DNA from: the human T2T-CHM13v2.0 reference genome, Homo sapiens
Direction of reading: 5' to 3'
NCBI GenBank assembly: GCA_009914755.4
Contig: CP068257.2
Span: 20,064,001 to 20,128,000 of the forward strand
DNA length: 64,000 nucleotides
Shown: positions 31,133 to 43,300 of the stretch, piece by piece
Layout: every line of letters begins with the position of its first letter
Position numbering within the stretch: the stretch's first letter is position 1
Position numbers and translations under genes: made by a program
Notes under the pieces: generated by a model
What the model was told of the DNA's origin: nothing
Databases searched by the model: none
Seen by the model: the letters and a program-made list of their open reading frames with translations, nothing else

Positions 31133-31403
31133 TGAGACAGAGTCTCGCTCCATCGCCCAGGCTGAAGTGTGATCTCGGCTGACTGCAAGCTCTGCCTCCT
31201 GGGTTCATGCCATTCTCCTGCCTCAACCTCCCGAATAGCTGGGACTACAAGCGCCTGCCACCAGGCCCAGCTAATTTTTTGTATTTTTTAGTAGAGACGG
31301 GGTTTCACCGTGTTAGCCAGGATGGTCTCCATCTCCTGACCTCGTGATCCACCGCCTCGGCCTCCCAAAATGCTGGGATTACAGGCGTGAGCCACTGCGC
31401 CAG
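31133..31403 (-). mobile_element. Alu SINE, antisense, with a small internal deletion and 11-bp target-site duplication
   Basis: gagacagagtctcgctccatcgcccaggctgaagtgt|gatctcggctgactgcaagctctgcctcctgggttcatgccattctcctgcctcaacctcccgaatagctggg...gcgtgagccactgcgccaggc. About 10 bp (gcagtggcgc) is missing. The target-site duplication ggatggactat is at 31060-31070 and 31406-31416. Confidence 0.9.
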
Positions 31404-31612
31404 GCTAGGATGGACTATTTTTTAGCAGAAATTCTGGGAATCATGGCAGTGTGAGAAAATCGTGTTGTAAATTAATTATTATTTAAGTGATTATTAACAT
31501 AGGTGGAAATAATTCAAATAAAACATTTCTACTTATAGCTAATATGTTTCAGAACACAATGACGCTGAGGTTCAGGGGAATGATACGCTCATAGTTGTAA
31601 ATACTGCTTATT

Positions 31613-31722
31613 CACACTATTGAGGGCTACAATAATATTTAATTAATTTAATGTAATTTTAAGTAAATGTCGATTAAAATGTAAATTTTCGTTTTTAATG
31701 TTATTGTAGCCTCAATAGTGTG
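31613..31722. repeat. 23-bp near-perfect inverted repeat separated by a 64-bp AT-rich spacer (hairpin-capable)
   Basis: The left arm cacactattgagggctacaataa at 31613-31635 pairs with the right arm ttattgtagcctcaatagtgtg at 31701-31722, the reverse complement with one C deleted. The spacer contains the direct repeat aatgtaatttt / aatgtaaatttt. Confidence 0.7.
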
Positions 31723-33359
31723 GATTTTTATGATGCTAGTTAATTTTTTAGATTAGAAAACGGGATTGAATTCTTAGAATATTTGTTTAATGATATATTT
31801 TTATTTGAGACATACTTAAGTCTAGATCCAGGTTTTCTCACTTCAAATACATTTTCTCTCAAACATAATTATTATCTTAAGGAAGATGTCTTACTGAGGC
31901 TCGTTTCTATCACATTATGCGGTTGACAGCTCTCCATGGGTCCTTCAGATGACCACATACAACAGCATATGACAGACACACTTCCGGCCACCAGCTTAAC
32001 TTTTATTATATCCTTAGGTTGTTCATGCCTATTTCTGAATAGCTTGCCTTACTGCCCTTTTGGAATCTCTAAAACACAGACACTTTGCCCTCACTTGTTC
32101 CATCTTCTACTACTTTCTGGCCCTTTGATATTGTAAGCACTTCGAATCATGTTACAAACTTTCATTTTCTTAAATTTCACTTCAAATTTCCATTGCGTTT
32201 TCACAGCCTCAGGTTACTTTAGATTTTTTCCTCTTTTGTCCTGATTTGAAAAATCCACAGGAGTCCCTTCATCTGGTTTTTTCATTCTTGTGTACTATAG
32301 ATTCTCCTCCTTCCTGGTTTACCCTGATCTTTTGGACAAAACTCAGATGTAATATTTTACTTATTTGAGAAATAAAAAGCTTGAAATGTTATTTCCAGTC
32401 GTTCTCAATGCAACATATTGCTCTTATATGTTTGGATTTAATACATTTAAATGTATTTATCTCTAGCGATTTTTTACCTATAACATAAACACTAATTTTA
32501 GCAATAAACCACTAATTCTGAGTCAAGTTATTACTGATAATAATACTTTAAAACATTCAATTAGTTTTGAAAAGTATATATCAATATCATTGAAATAAAC
32601 TTCATCTAACTTTTCGAGGGTATAATCGTTGGCAGGTAGAATTTATTTTTTAGCTTTGTAGTGAAAGTACACATTTATATACTACAATGTCATCATCTTT
32701 TTTGGAGATAAGGATTGCAGCGTTTTTAGAAATACAGCACATGGACTAATTGTTGGCAGCATTCCTTCTTGGACTAATATCTTACTCTCATCAGAGCAAG
32801 ATTGAGAAAGCTTAGGTCATCCTTTATTTCCCAAAGGTCACTATTTCCAACTGTGGATGCATTTTTAAGACTAACACGACTAAGAAAGAATTTCACAGGC
32901 ATGGCACACTTCCATAAGTGTTCTTTCTACACTCCCACAAAAATTATTTCTCTATCCACTTAGTAGAATGTGACCCATCGATGACTTTTATAATGTTGTT
33001 GTCCTCTTCTGTGTGCATACTATGCGAGAGTTGGCTGTACCTCTAATTTTTGTTTTCATCCCAGAATTATTTTCCAAAGTACCCTAATAAGTTTATCATC
33101 TGAATATTTAAAATAATACACTTAAATTTTTCTTTCATCCATACATTTGTTTATCCAACAGATATTTATTCAACTCCTACCATTTACCATGCATTGCAAA
33201 TATTTGTAAGTTGGTTGTTAGGCACTTTTTTGTCTTTTTATGGGAAACTATGGAATAGTAATTGAGTAAGAAGATGGAAAATAAGAAGGGAGAAAAATTA
33301 GAAATGAATTAGTCTAATCCTTTCTATATTTGTTGTTGTTGTTGTAACATTGTATTACT

Positions 33360-33480
33360 AAAGCCCATGTTAAGTAACTTGTTCAAAGTCACTGTAGGGA
33401 TTTACCAGAAAAATAGCAAAGGGGACTCCACATCTCCTAATTCTTCATCCAATGTATTTTCCAACAATCCAGCACTTTCT
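33360..33480 (-). mobile_element. possible MIR SINE fragment, highly diverged
   Basis: ttaagtaacttgttcaaagtcactgtaggg resembles MIR ttaagtaacttgcccaaggtcacacagc in antisense. The remainder is weak. Confidence 0.3.
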
Positions 33481-34510
33481 AAACTCATAGTTGGATTAAG
33501 TCAATATCAATACCATTATTTTAAAAATTCATTCATTCATACAACAAATATTTAGTGAATGCCTACTGTGTGACAACAACTGATTTGTTAACATGGCATA
33601 CAGACAAAATAACATTATCATTGCAACTATTAAATACATGAATTATAGTGTGTGCCAAATGGTTTTATGTACCATGGAAAAAGAAAGGCAACAGATTAAG
33701 GGGGATTGGCATGCAGGGAATGAGTTTGGGGACTACTGAAATTTGAAAAATGTAGTCCATGAATTTCATCTAAGAGGTATCATTTCAGTGAAGAATTAAA
33801 GGAGATAAAAAGTTGAGTAAGTGGACATTCGGGGGAACAACAACTCAGTACAGGAAAAAGGCAGTGCAAAGTCTTCGAAGTGTGCCAGAGGAACAGACAC
33901 ACGGAAGCCAATGTAGCTGGAGCTGAAAGAGTGAGTCATGGAAGACAAGGTTGAAGAAGGAGTGGGTAACCCGGAAGCCTTTGGGTCATCGGAAGGGATT
34001 TGTGTTTTACCTGGATAGAACTGAGAACTACCTCAAGGTTTTAAGCCAAGGATTGACATGACTTACATCACCTTATTTACTGACAAGACATTCTAAAGGC
34101 ACAACGGTGAAAGAAGGTCAACCCATCTGGTGGTCTGTCCAGTAAACCAAGCTCACTTCAGGGCAGTCAGATTAGGTTGCTACATCTTATGGGGAGTATG
34201 GAGGCAAGAAAATAGTTTCTTTCAGCAAAATTATAGCATAAGAACTCATTTCTGTCACTACAAAGGCAAAGACCCTAGTGGCATCCCAGGTTTCAAATAT
34301 GAAAAATGAGACTTTCCAAAAAGCGAAATAGTGAGCAAAATGACATCCAGGTAGATGTGACTTTCAGGGGGGACAGTACTAGATATAGGTCTAAGGTCAG
34401 AATGGTTCTTCGTAGCTCTGGTCTTGCAACAAATTGCTCAGAAAGGGGAGCTATATGAAAAACTTCAGACTCCTTTTATTTACTTACTTAAGAATACTGT
34501 CCCTAAATTC

Positions 34511-34545
34511 ATACACACACACACACATATACATATATATATATG
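34511..34545. repeat. (CA)n-(TA)n compound microsatellite
   Basis: acacacacacacacatatacatatatatatatg. Confidence 0.9.
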
Positions 34546-36074
34546 TCTTTCTGAAGCCCATGAACCCAGATGTATTTTAGAATGTAGAAATTTGGAAATA
34601 CTTTCAGAAGCAATATGCGTATCTACTGTGTATTACATACAAATTCTAGTGAAGTCTGCAATCAAGCACAGCTTTATGTTCACAGCAAATCCTATGAATA
34701 TTCACACTAAGTGGGTAAGAAAAACTATAAATAATCTCAAATCTATTTATTCGCTAAGGGAATACAGAGCAGGTCAAATTTTACTGCCCATCGAGGAATA
34801 AAAACATTCAATTTTTTAGAGGGTTTTGGATTTTGTAATCACACGTAAGTGATTAAGCCCTTGTATTTTATAAGATATTTTATCTCAGTTGCTGCAAATG
34901 TATAGTCACTTTAACCTAGCACTAGCTTAATTAAAGAATACAAATGTACATTGTAGGTTAAGCCTTAAGTTCATGCTCAATGTTATGCACGGTCTTGACA
35001 TCTGGTGAATGCAGGCTGCCTAAAGAATTAGAAAGCAATTTAGAACTTCTTCGAATAGAAATACTGTGAGAAGACTGAGATTTAGTTTGACAAGTCTATA
35101 ATGAGACTATCTGTATAGAAAAGCTTAAGCTCTTTGATTTTTATCTGACCTGTGTTCGAATATTGGCTGAGTTGAAAAAAAGATATTGACTATCTTTAAT
35201 TTGCATCTGATCACCAGTTGAATAATGAAATATACATAAAATACATAGGCTATGCTCAATTGAAACTCGTTCAAAATGTGGTAGTTTGTTAAAGGATGTG
35301 TTTCTGGCAGAATGAGAAACATAAAACACATACAGACATGTTAGTATATTTTTTTAATGATGTCCAGAGAATGATTCACAATGTATTTTGTGTTGCCATA
35401 ATTTTATAATACTGGAGATACTTGCTTTCTATCATTTTAAAAATATATTATTCTAAAGCCTCTGAAACAGAGAAACTTCAGTCGCTTCCACAAAAGTATA
35501 ACTCACTTGACATTAGATTTATTGAGGAAAAGAAGCTATTATACATGTTTAATATTTTATGTTCTGGGCTACTTTGCTATTAAATTTAAATATTTGGAAG
35601 GTAGATTCATAAAATATGGGTGTGATAAAATACTTATTCTATGAACACTTTCTACCAGTTTATTTTGGTAAACGTTGAGTTACTCCAATTATTTTTACTT
35701 TTCAAATAGAGCATTTTTATTAACATTGTAAGCAGTGAAAACATTCATCTGGAATTTCTTTTTCTTTACCTATTCTTATAGGAAATACAGAAAAAGATGA
35801 CTTTTTCTTATACTACTGGAACTATTATGATTTTTTTCCTTCTGCTACATAAATTTAAGGTATTTTTCAAAGCCCATCCTTTTCAGCAAGAAAGCATTCT
35901 CAAATTTAGTAATGTTTAAAATCTTCCTAATATTCCTTAAGTCCTTGGGAAGAAAAGACAATGAAAAACATTATCAAAGATAAATATTAGCATACATTTA
36001 AAAATCTATCTTCACCTGCATTTGTCTCAATTGTATTGATGTTATAACATTTTTTAAGACACTGTCCTATTTAT

Positions 36075-36625
36075 TGAAGCACTGCTCATAATAGCCAAAA
36101 TGTGAAATCAACCCAAGCATCCATCAATGGATGATTAGATTTAAAAATGTGATGTATATACACGATGGCAAAACATGAATGAACTTAGAGAACATTAAGT
36201 GGGATAAGCAGGGAACAAAAGGACAAATGCTGTATGATCTCACTCATATGTAGAATTTTTAAAAATTGATCTTGTAGAAGTAAGGAGTAGAATAGTGGTT
36301 ATCAGATTCTGGAGAGAGTAAGGCGAGAGATTGTTCTCTTAGTACAAAGGTACTGTTGGATAGGAGGAGTAAGTTCTAGTGTTCTATTGCACAATAGGGT
36401 GACTATAGTTAACAATCATATATTGTATATTTCAAAAGAGCTAAAAGAGAGGATTCTGAATGTTCTCACCACAAAGAAACAAGTGTTTGAGGTGATAGAT
36501 ATCCTAATTACCCTGATTTGATCATTATACAATGTATACATATATGTAAAATATCACAATGTACCATAAATGAGTAGGATTATTCATCAATTAAAGACAT
36601 TGACACTTTAAAAAATATATATTTT
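36075..36625 (+). mobile_element. LINE-1 3'-end fragment, sense, older L1 (L1PB/L1MA-like)
   Basis: gcactgctcataatagccaaaatgtgaaatcaacccaagcatccatcaatggatgattagatttaaaaatgtgatgtatatacacgatggc...agtaggattattcatcaattaaagacattgacactttaaaaaa follows the old-L1 3'-end template (attattcacaatagccaaaa..tggaaacaacccaaatgtccatcaacagatgaatggataaacaaaatgtggtatatacatacaatgg...) with substantial divergence. Confidence 0.8.
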
Positions 36626-39165
36626 TGGTTCTCAAACAGATGTGAGGGTTATGTCTAATATCTTTAAACACATCTTGGCTTTAAACATGTTTACCAGCTA
36701 TGGCTTATTTATTCCCAGATTTTTCAAGTTTCTTCCTTTTTCATCTAACCTTTTGCCCTCTCTACTGACATTGGTCTTTGAAAAGTTTGTATAAGAATAC
36801 CAAAAGCATTTTTATATGAGTTCTGCCAACTTCATTTTGTAGTCTAGAAGTTATGTATCACGTATTTAAAAGTGCTTGAAAATAGCTGATGCATCTCTTT
36901 TTTCAAGATGATGCTAAAAGTCTCATCTAATTTAATGGTTGGAACAGTTCTTTACAAGTTATGTTGTAAAAATATTCATTAACATTGATGGAGAGTACTA
37001 CTCAAACAGCAAAAATGTGTCTGTAAAAGCTTATTAAAATTCAGAGGCTCAAATAATGTAAGAATTCAAAATCTTTAGTAAAATTCAACTGCAGAGTTTC
37101 TATCAGATGCACATTTCAAAATGGAATTTGTTACAAATATGGTTCGTTTCTGAGTAACAATTAGTTTGTCGTGGTTTTAAATATAAAAGGTTTTCACATT
37201 AAAATTGACATTTGCAAAATGGTCGTTAATTTGCATAGGTTATAAAGCTAATGTGAAATTCAGATGGTCTTACTTAGTTCATAAGGGTAACCTAGCATGT
37301 TATTTAAAATTATTTTTCACTAAGATATTTTACTTGGGCTATAAAAATAATATTTCACACTTTATATAACTCTAATAAATTTGTGATAAACTGTGAAGTC
37401 TCCATATAATTCTTCCCGCCAAAATGCATTTTTCAAATTTTGAGATATCTTTTTAAGTACATATTATGCATTCTATTCTTAAGAAAATTACTTTTAATTA
37501 TGTTTTTATATTTGCACATCTACTTCTCATGTACTGAATACATATAAATATATATGTGCTTTATTACTGCTGGGGAAAATTATACTTTATTGCTATGTAT
37601 TAAAAATCTTGTAATGAATTAAAATTTGTTCTTTTTATAAAGTACTTTTATGTATTTGGAGCAGAAAACTAACTTATTGCCTAAGTTTTTTTCTGCCATA
37701 TTGAAGCAAATTTTCTTTTTAATATATAGATAAGGAAAACAGGTCCAGAGAAGCTAACATTCATAGCAGAAAACCGTAAAATTATCCAATATTGCTAAAT
37801 AATTAAGAATTAAACTAGAATGCTGTATTGTACGGGAGGTTACGTTTTTTAAATAATTGTAGTCAAACACTCTGACTGTAGTTATAATACTGGTAAGCCC
37901 AATGTTTCCAATAATAATTTGATAATGAAAAGCATTTCTCTCCCATTTCAGCAGAAAATTATGAAGAATGTCTTTGCAATATTGAATCAGATATCATTTT
38001 ATGACAGAAAGTCTTACTCTTCAGAAAATAAATTATTCCTTAGTAAACACAGAAGATAAAATTATGGCTTGGAATACAAAAGAAATCACTATCAACAAAT
38101 TTGTATTTTGGAGGAAGTAAAATCATTATTTATTCTGTTAGCACATTTTCATTTCTCATTTATTTTAACCTTTCAGTGCCTTTTTTCAAGGAAACTTAAC
38201 GTGGTTTGTTAAGTTTTTTCATTTAAACCTCTTTAACTGAAAGTAACTAAAGAAATTAATCAAGGAAATGACATTATGGTGAATTTGTGTTTTCCAAAGT
38301 TTTCAGTTCATTGTATAATTTTATGTAAACATAAATTAATGCATATTTATAAAATCCTGCATTAATAAAATTTATCTTTGAACCCAAAAGTTAGTAGGTT
38401 ATTAAAGAAAAGTAAGATATCTTGTTAGTTCTCCTAAAGCTAACACTAGTTTCTCTCAACTAAGTCCATAGAGTATGAGGTAATATTAAGAATGGAAAAA
38501 AATACCACTGAGAACGCCGGCATGAGATTTCCTTAATGTGCCCCCCAAATGACATTCTTTGGTACTACTTTTATGCTATTTTGTTTCTGAAAACGTGCAA
38601 TTCTTATAGTATTACATGAATTTTTAAAAATTCTGATCTGTTTAATATCAGCTAAAAACGATGTCTCATAATGAAAACACACACACAAAGAACTGTGTCT
38701 ATCTTAGATTTAAAAAAAAAACAACTAAACAAAAACAACAATAATGATGACAATCAATCTCCCTCTCTATTCCTCTAAGAGGTGAATAACAAATGGGGAA
38801 TGTATTTGAAAGCCACACTCCCTCACAAACAGACAATATCCTCATAACTTATTCTCTGACTTTATTCTTCATGATTCTCATGTCTACACGTGGTCTCTCA
38901 TCCTATTGCCCAGATATTTTAAAACTTTACCATTTTTAGTGCAGTCATTTGAAATAATAAATGTTGTCTTAATCTGCCCCTAGATGCCCTAATAAAATAC
39001 CACAGACTGCCACACTGTGTGCTTTAAACATCAGATTATTTTCTCAAAGTCCCGGAGAATGGAAAGTCTAAGATTAAAGTGCCAAACAACTTGATTTTTG
39101 ATGGGGGCTTTCCTTCTGGCTTGCAGATTGTAGTATTCCCCTGTGTCTTTACATGGAGGGAAAAA

Positions 39166-39200
39166 GACAAACAAACAAACAAACAAACAAACCAAAAAAC
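39166..39200. repeat. (CAAA)n tetranucleotide repeat
   Basis: gacaaacaaacaaacaaacaaacaaaccaaaaaac. Confidence 0.9.
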
Positions 39201-39262
39201 ACCAATCTCTGTGCTGTTTCATCTTATAAGGACACTAATTCCATTGTCTCAAAAGCCCACCT

Positions 39263-39618
39263 GTATTAGGCCGTTCTCATGCTGCTAATAAAGACATACC
39301 CGAGACTGGGTAATTTATACAGTGAAGTGGTTTAATGGACTCACAGTTCCACATGGCTAGGGAGGCCTCACAATCATGGCGGAAGATGACAGACGAATAA
39401 GGGACATCTTACATGGCGGCAGGCAAGAGGGCATTTGCAGGGGAGCTCCACTTTATAAAACCACTAGATCCGGTGAGACTTATTCACTGTCATGAGAACA
39501 GCATGGCAAAAACCCAGGATCATGATTCAGTTACCTCCCACAAGGTCCCTCCTTAGGCATGTGGGAATTATTACAATGCAAGGTGAGATTTGGGTGGAGA
39601 CACGGAGCCAAGCCATAT
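39263..39618 (-). mobile_element. THE1-family (ERVL-MaLR) solo LTR, antisense, about 356 bp
   Basis: tgtattaggccgttctcatgctgctaataaagacatacccgagactgggtaatttatacag...gattcagttacctcccacaaggtccctcc...gagatttgggtggagacacggagccaagccatat is the reverse complement of a THE1 LTR (TGATATGGTTTGGCTGTGTCCCCACCCAAATCTCA...TATAAATTACCCAGTCTCGGGTATGTCTTTATTAGCAGTGTGAGAACGGACTAATACA). It is collinear with both LTRs of the full THE1 at 46.9 kb. Confidence 0.85.
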
Positions 39619-40129
39619 TTAACAACTTATTTTGACCGTATTTAACATCAATTACTTTCTTACTCAAAATGCAGCCACACTGCATTTTAGGACTTTCGCA
39701 CATGAACTTTGGGGATGGAGGAGGGACACATACACACAGTCCCTAAAAATTATAAATTCCAGAAACAATATAATAATTTAAAGAATATATTTACGCAATA
39801 GTATTTTTATTACTTAGGTTTCCATTAATTTTCTCTATTGTTTATATTGCCATCATTTAGAAAATTGGAACATAGATTATCCTTATATTAAATTTCCCAA
39901 CTTCAAGTTTGTGTCTAATTTCTACACTCTCATTGTTGTGATGAAATTTTAATATAACTCTACTAAGGGCATTGATTTCACTAATCTTTTCCCCTTTTTA
40001 AATATACTTATGTATTAATAATGTTACAATCTATTTATAGGAGACATTATTAAAACACAGCCAAGAGAACTCAAAACCTAATGATCTGATTGATAAAACG
40101 TACGTATAAAGAACAGTAATCTAACCACC

Positions 40130-40333
40130 TGTGTTAGTCTGATAGGGCTGCCATAACAAAATACCATGGACTGGATAGCTTAAAAACAGAAATTGTTTTC
40201 TCACATTTCTTTAGGCCAGAAGTTGAAGATCAAGGTTTCAACAGGGTTGATGTCTCATGAGGACTCTCTTCTTGGCTTTCAGACATTTACCTTCTCACCG
40301 TGTCCCCACATGGCCTTTCCTCTGTGCACCTAG
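40130..40333 (-). mobile_element. older MaLR LTR fragment (MLT1/MST-type; 3' portion), truncated by the adjacent L1
   Basis: tgtgttagtctgatagggctgccataacaaaataccatggactggatagcttaaaaacagaaattgttttctcacatttctttaggccagaagttgaagatcaaggtttcaacagggttg...tcaccgtgtccccacatggcc. The reverse complement ends ...GGTATTTTGTTATGGCAGCCC..TAACACA, as a MaLR LTR 3' end does. The homolog at 59440 is more complete. Followed by (GA)n at 40334-40352. Confidence 0.5.
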
Positions 40334-40357
40334 AAAGAGAGAGAGAGAGAGAACTCA

Positions 40358-41155
40358 TTTATTGCTGGTGAGAATGCAAAATAATTGTCACTTTGGGAGA
40401 CAATCTGACAGTTTCTTATAAAACTAAGCATACTGTTAACATACAAGCCAGCAATCATGCTATTTGGTCTGTACCTAGAGGAGCTGAAAGCTTTTGTCTG
40501 CACAAAAGCCTACATGCTGATAATTATAGCTTTGTTCATAATCCCCACTACTTGGTTGAAGCAACCAAGATGTCCTTCAGTAGGCATATGAATAAACAAA
40601 CTGTGGTGCATCCTAACAATGGAATATTCTTCAGCACTAAAAGGAAATGAGCTATAAAGCCATGAAAAGACATAGAGTAATCTTAAGAGCACATAACAAA
40701 GTTAAGGAAGATAACCTGAAAAGGCTCCACACTATATGATTCCAACCACGTGACATCCTGGAAAAGTCAAAAACATAAAGACACTAAAAGGATCAGTAGT
40801 CACTAGGGTTTGGACTGGGAGAGAGGAAAGAGAGATGACCAGGCAGAGCACAGAAGATTTTTAGGGCACTAAAAATCCTCTATCTGATACATAATAATGG
40901 GTTCATGTCATTATATCTTTGTCCAACCCTATAAAATGTCTAACACCAAGAATGAACACAATGCAAATTCTGGGTGACAATGGTGTGTCAATGTAGGTTC
41001 ATCAGTTGAAACAAATATACCACTCTAGTGGGGGATATTGATCATGGTAGAGATTATGCATGTGCTGAGACAGGGGAAATATAGGAACTCCGTACTTTCC
41101 TCTCAATTTTGATGTGAACCTAAAACTGTTCCAAAAACAAAATCTTTTAAAAAAT
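40358..41155 (+). mobile_element. LINE-1 3'-end fragment, sense, old L1M/L1P-type
   Basis: tattgctggtgagaatgcaaaataattgtcactttgggagacaatctgacagtttcttataaaactaagcatactgttaacatacaagccagcaatcatgctatttggtctgtacctagagg...atccccactacttggttgaagcaaccaagatgtccttcagtaggcatatgaataaacaaactgtggtgcatcctaacaatggaatattcttcagc follows the old-L1 3' template (ttgctggtgggaatgtaaaatggtacagccactttggaaaacagtttggcagttcc...ccagcaatcccactcctaggtatatacccaag...). It ends in an A-rich tail near 41150. Confidence 0.8.
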
Positions 41156-42702
41156 GTCAGAAGCACTGAGAATATAATTTGAGAATCATATTGTCTCTGA
41201 GTGTACGGTTCCTACTTAGAATTTTGCACTGTATTTGCTTTCTCCAGAGCTGCATCACTGATCATGGCTAGCTTGTTATTTACTATGACACATAGCTGTG
41301 TTTCTGTCACACTTGCACATATTGTATTTTTGCATTTTAAAATTATTTTCCTCTCTAGTTATATTTCCTTCATCTTATCTTTAATGCATCTTGTCCTGTG
41401 TGTCTTTCTATTCTTAGAGGTCATTTTAAATTGTTACCCTATCCTCTCAGTTTTAAGCCACATCCTTTTTTCCTCTTGCTGTTTAATGTTATCTGAAGTT
41501 AAGGTGCACAGTTGATATTCTACTACCTTGATTTCAGAGTTTTTTCAGGTAAATGATTCACAGCTTAACACTGACCACGCATTTCTAAAAAATAAATGTA
41601 ATTGATGCAGTAATCATTCTGGTTCACTTTAATTGATGACAGCATAGAACTTAAACTCATGTTTTTGTGTAAAGACTTCTAAATTTTTTCAATGGCTCCA
41701 CACTACTGAAGTAAGTCCAATTTACTTTTGTTCTCATATTTGCCATTGTCTATTATTTGATCCCAATGTGTTTTTTTCAACTTTACCTCTCACCATTTTT
41801 CTAGCCCATGAAGACTGGATGGTGAGAAGTTGATGGAGAAAGGAAATTAAAGTGGAATAGATGAAACCGAGGATTTCTTTCATTAATGCATGCATTCACA
41901 TATCCACTCAATATTTATTAATCATCTGCTATATGCTAGATATTTTGCAGGCCTTAGAGACAAAAGAATGTAATGACATGATTAAGTTATGTTTTGGATG
42001 GAAATTATTGGAAATGCAGTTGGTTTACACTGTAGAGAGAGTGACCAGAAATATCTAGCCTAGGGCATTACACATGAATAGAAGTTAGTTGGAAGGGGAC
42101 AGAGTTTAAGAGTGAGTCGAAAAAGGGAATGACATGAACAACAGTTTGGAGGAAAAAGAGAAAATGCCTCATCTTTAAAACTGAAAGAAAGTTTTAGTAT
42201 CTAGTAAAGAGTGCCATGAGATGGAATAGGAAAGGTCAGCTCATGAAATCCTTCATGAACTCAGTTAAGAATTCAGAATGTGGAACAAGAGCATCTACAT
42301 AAATGGTTGTGCCATATACTGTGATTAATAGCACAAAAAGAAAATCTTCTTTGGATGGCGATAATGTTTACTTTAGTTTGGTGGAGGGAAAATGAAGATG
42401 AAGTCATTGTTTCAACTGGAGATGCCAAGTAGTTTATGAACTATATGGGTCTGGTATTTGATCTAGATTAGAGATAAAGATTTGGGACTTACCATCAAGC
42501 TGCTAATAAAAGCCATGCTAGTGGAGGAGATGCCACAGTGAATGTGCTTGAATTTCTCATGTCGTATCGAAGTCTAGAGGTCAGCAGAACAAGACTGGAA
42601 ATTTCTGTCAGGGATCCAGGCCTCATGATACTTCTGTTTTTATTGCCCGTTAAATGTGGCCACTGCTTTGGACATTATGATGCACCATTGAGATCTCCAC
42701 TA

Positions 42703-42705
42703 TTG

Positions 42706-42733
<28 letters not shown>
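42703..42733. repeat. poly(T) mononucleotide tract (T30-31)
   Basis: Read directly. It is not followed by an Alu or L1 end. Confidence 0.95.
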
Positions 42734-42741
<8 letters not shown>

Positions 42742-43300
42742 CCTGGTTGTTGAACTATCAGCCCCTTAAGGGGTTGTTTCAGCTGCAAAGAGCTTCTTTT
42801 CCCATGGTCGCATGCCTTGCCAGGGTAACCCATAGCCAGTGAATAAGCAATACAAGAGTATAAAGCCATGACCACTTCAAACCACCATGAAACTGTTCTG
42901 AAGGGCAGCTCCAAATCCACAGATCTCCAGAGCCTGCGAGGGGTTATCATGGGCCTCCATCTCTGTTCGACTTCTTCCTCTGTCCAATCCTGTTTCTTTC
43001 CCCACATTCTACTGAGAATGATATAACAAGCCCTATTAATAAATATCCTGCATGCCAAACTCCATTTCAGCGTCTGCTCAGGGAAAACTCAACCTGTGAT
43101 TTCTGAAGTCCAAGATGGCTTCTCCAGCTGCTAAAATTAGGTCCAAATTCTAATCAATAAGAAGGAATAAAAAAGGGATAATAGCTGAACTCTTTCTTTC
43201 TACATTTCAGCAATTCCAGAGATTATATAGACATATAGCCTGGTGTCCAGAACTTAGTTTCAAGACTGCCGGTAGCTGAAAACTAGACTGAAAAAAAGTA
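42734..43300 (-). other. unclassified GC-balanced unique segment abutting the T30 tract; candidate retroposed fragment (minus-strand sense ending in poly(A)); contains the 127-aa ORF
   Basis: The minus-strand ORF at 42675-43058 reads through into the A-tract (..[14 protein letters not shown]). No AATAAA signal is seen within 40 nt of the tract, and no repeat-family match is recognised by eye. Confidence 0.25.

Noticed and set aside
33525-33585. cattcattcattcatacaacaaatatttagtgaatgcctactgtgtg, and a similar motif at 41875-41960, considered as MIR SINE 3' ends
   Set aside because: The motif resembles the widespread ...tatttattgagcacctactatgtgcc... module, but the matches are short and too diverged for me to assign without alignment software. 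Only the slightly better 33360-33480 piece is listed, at low confidence.
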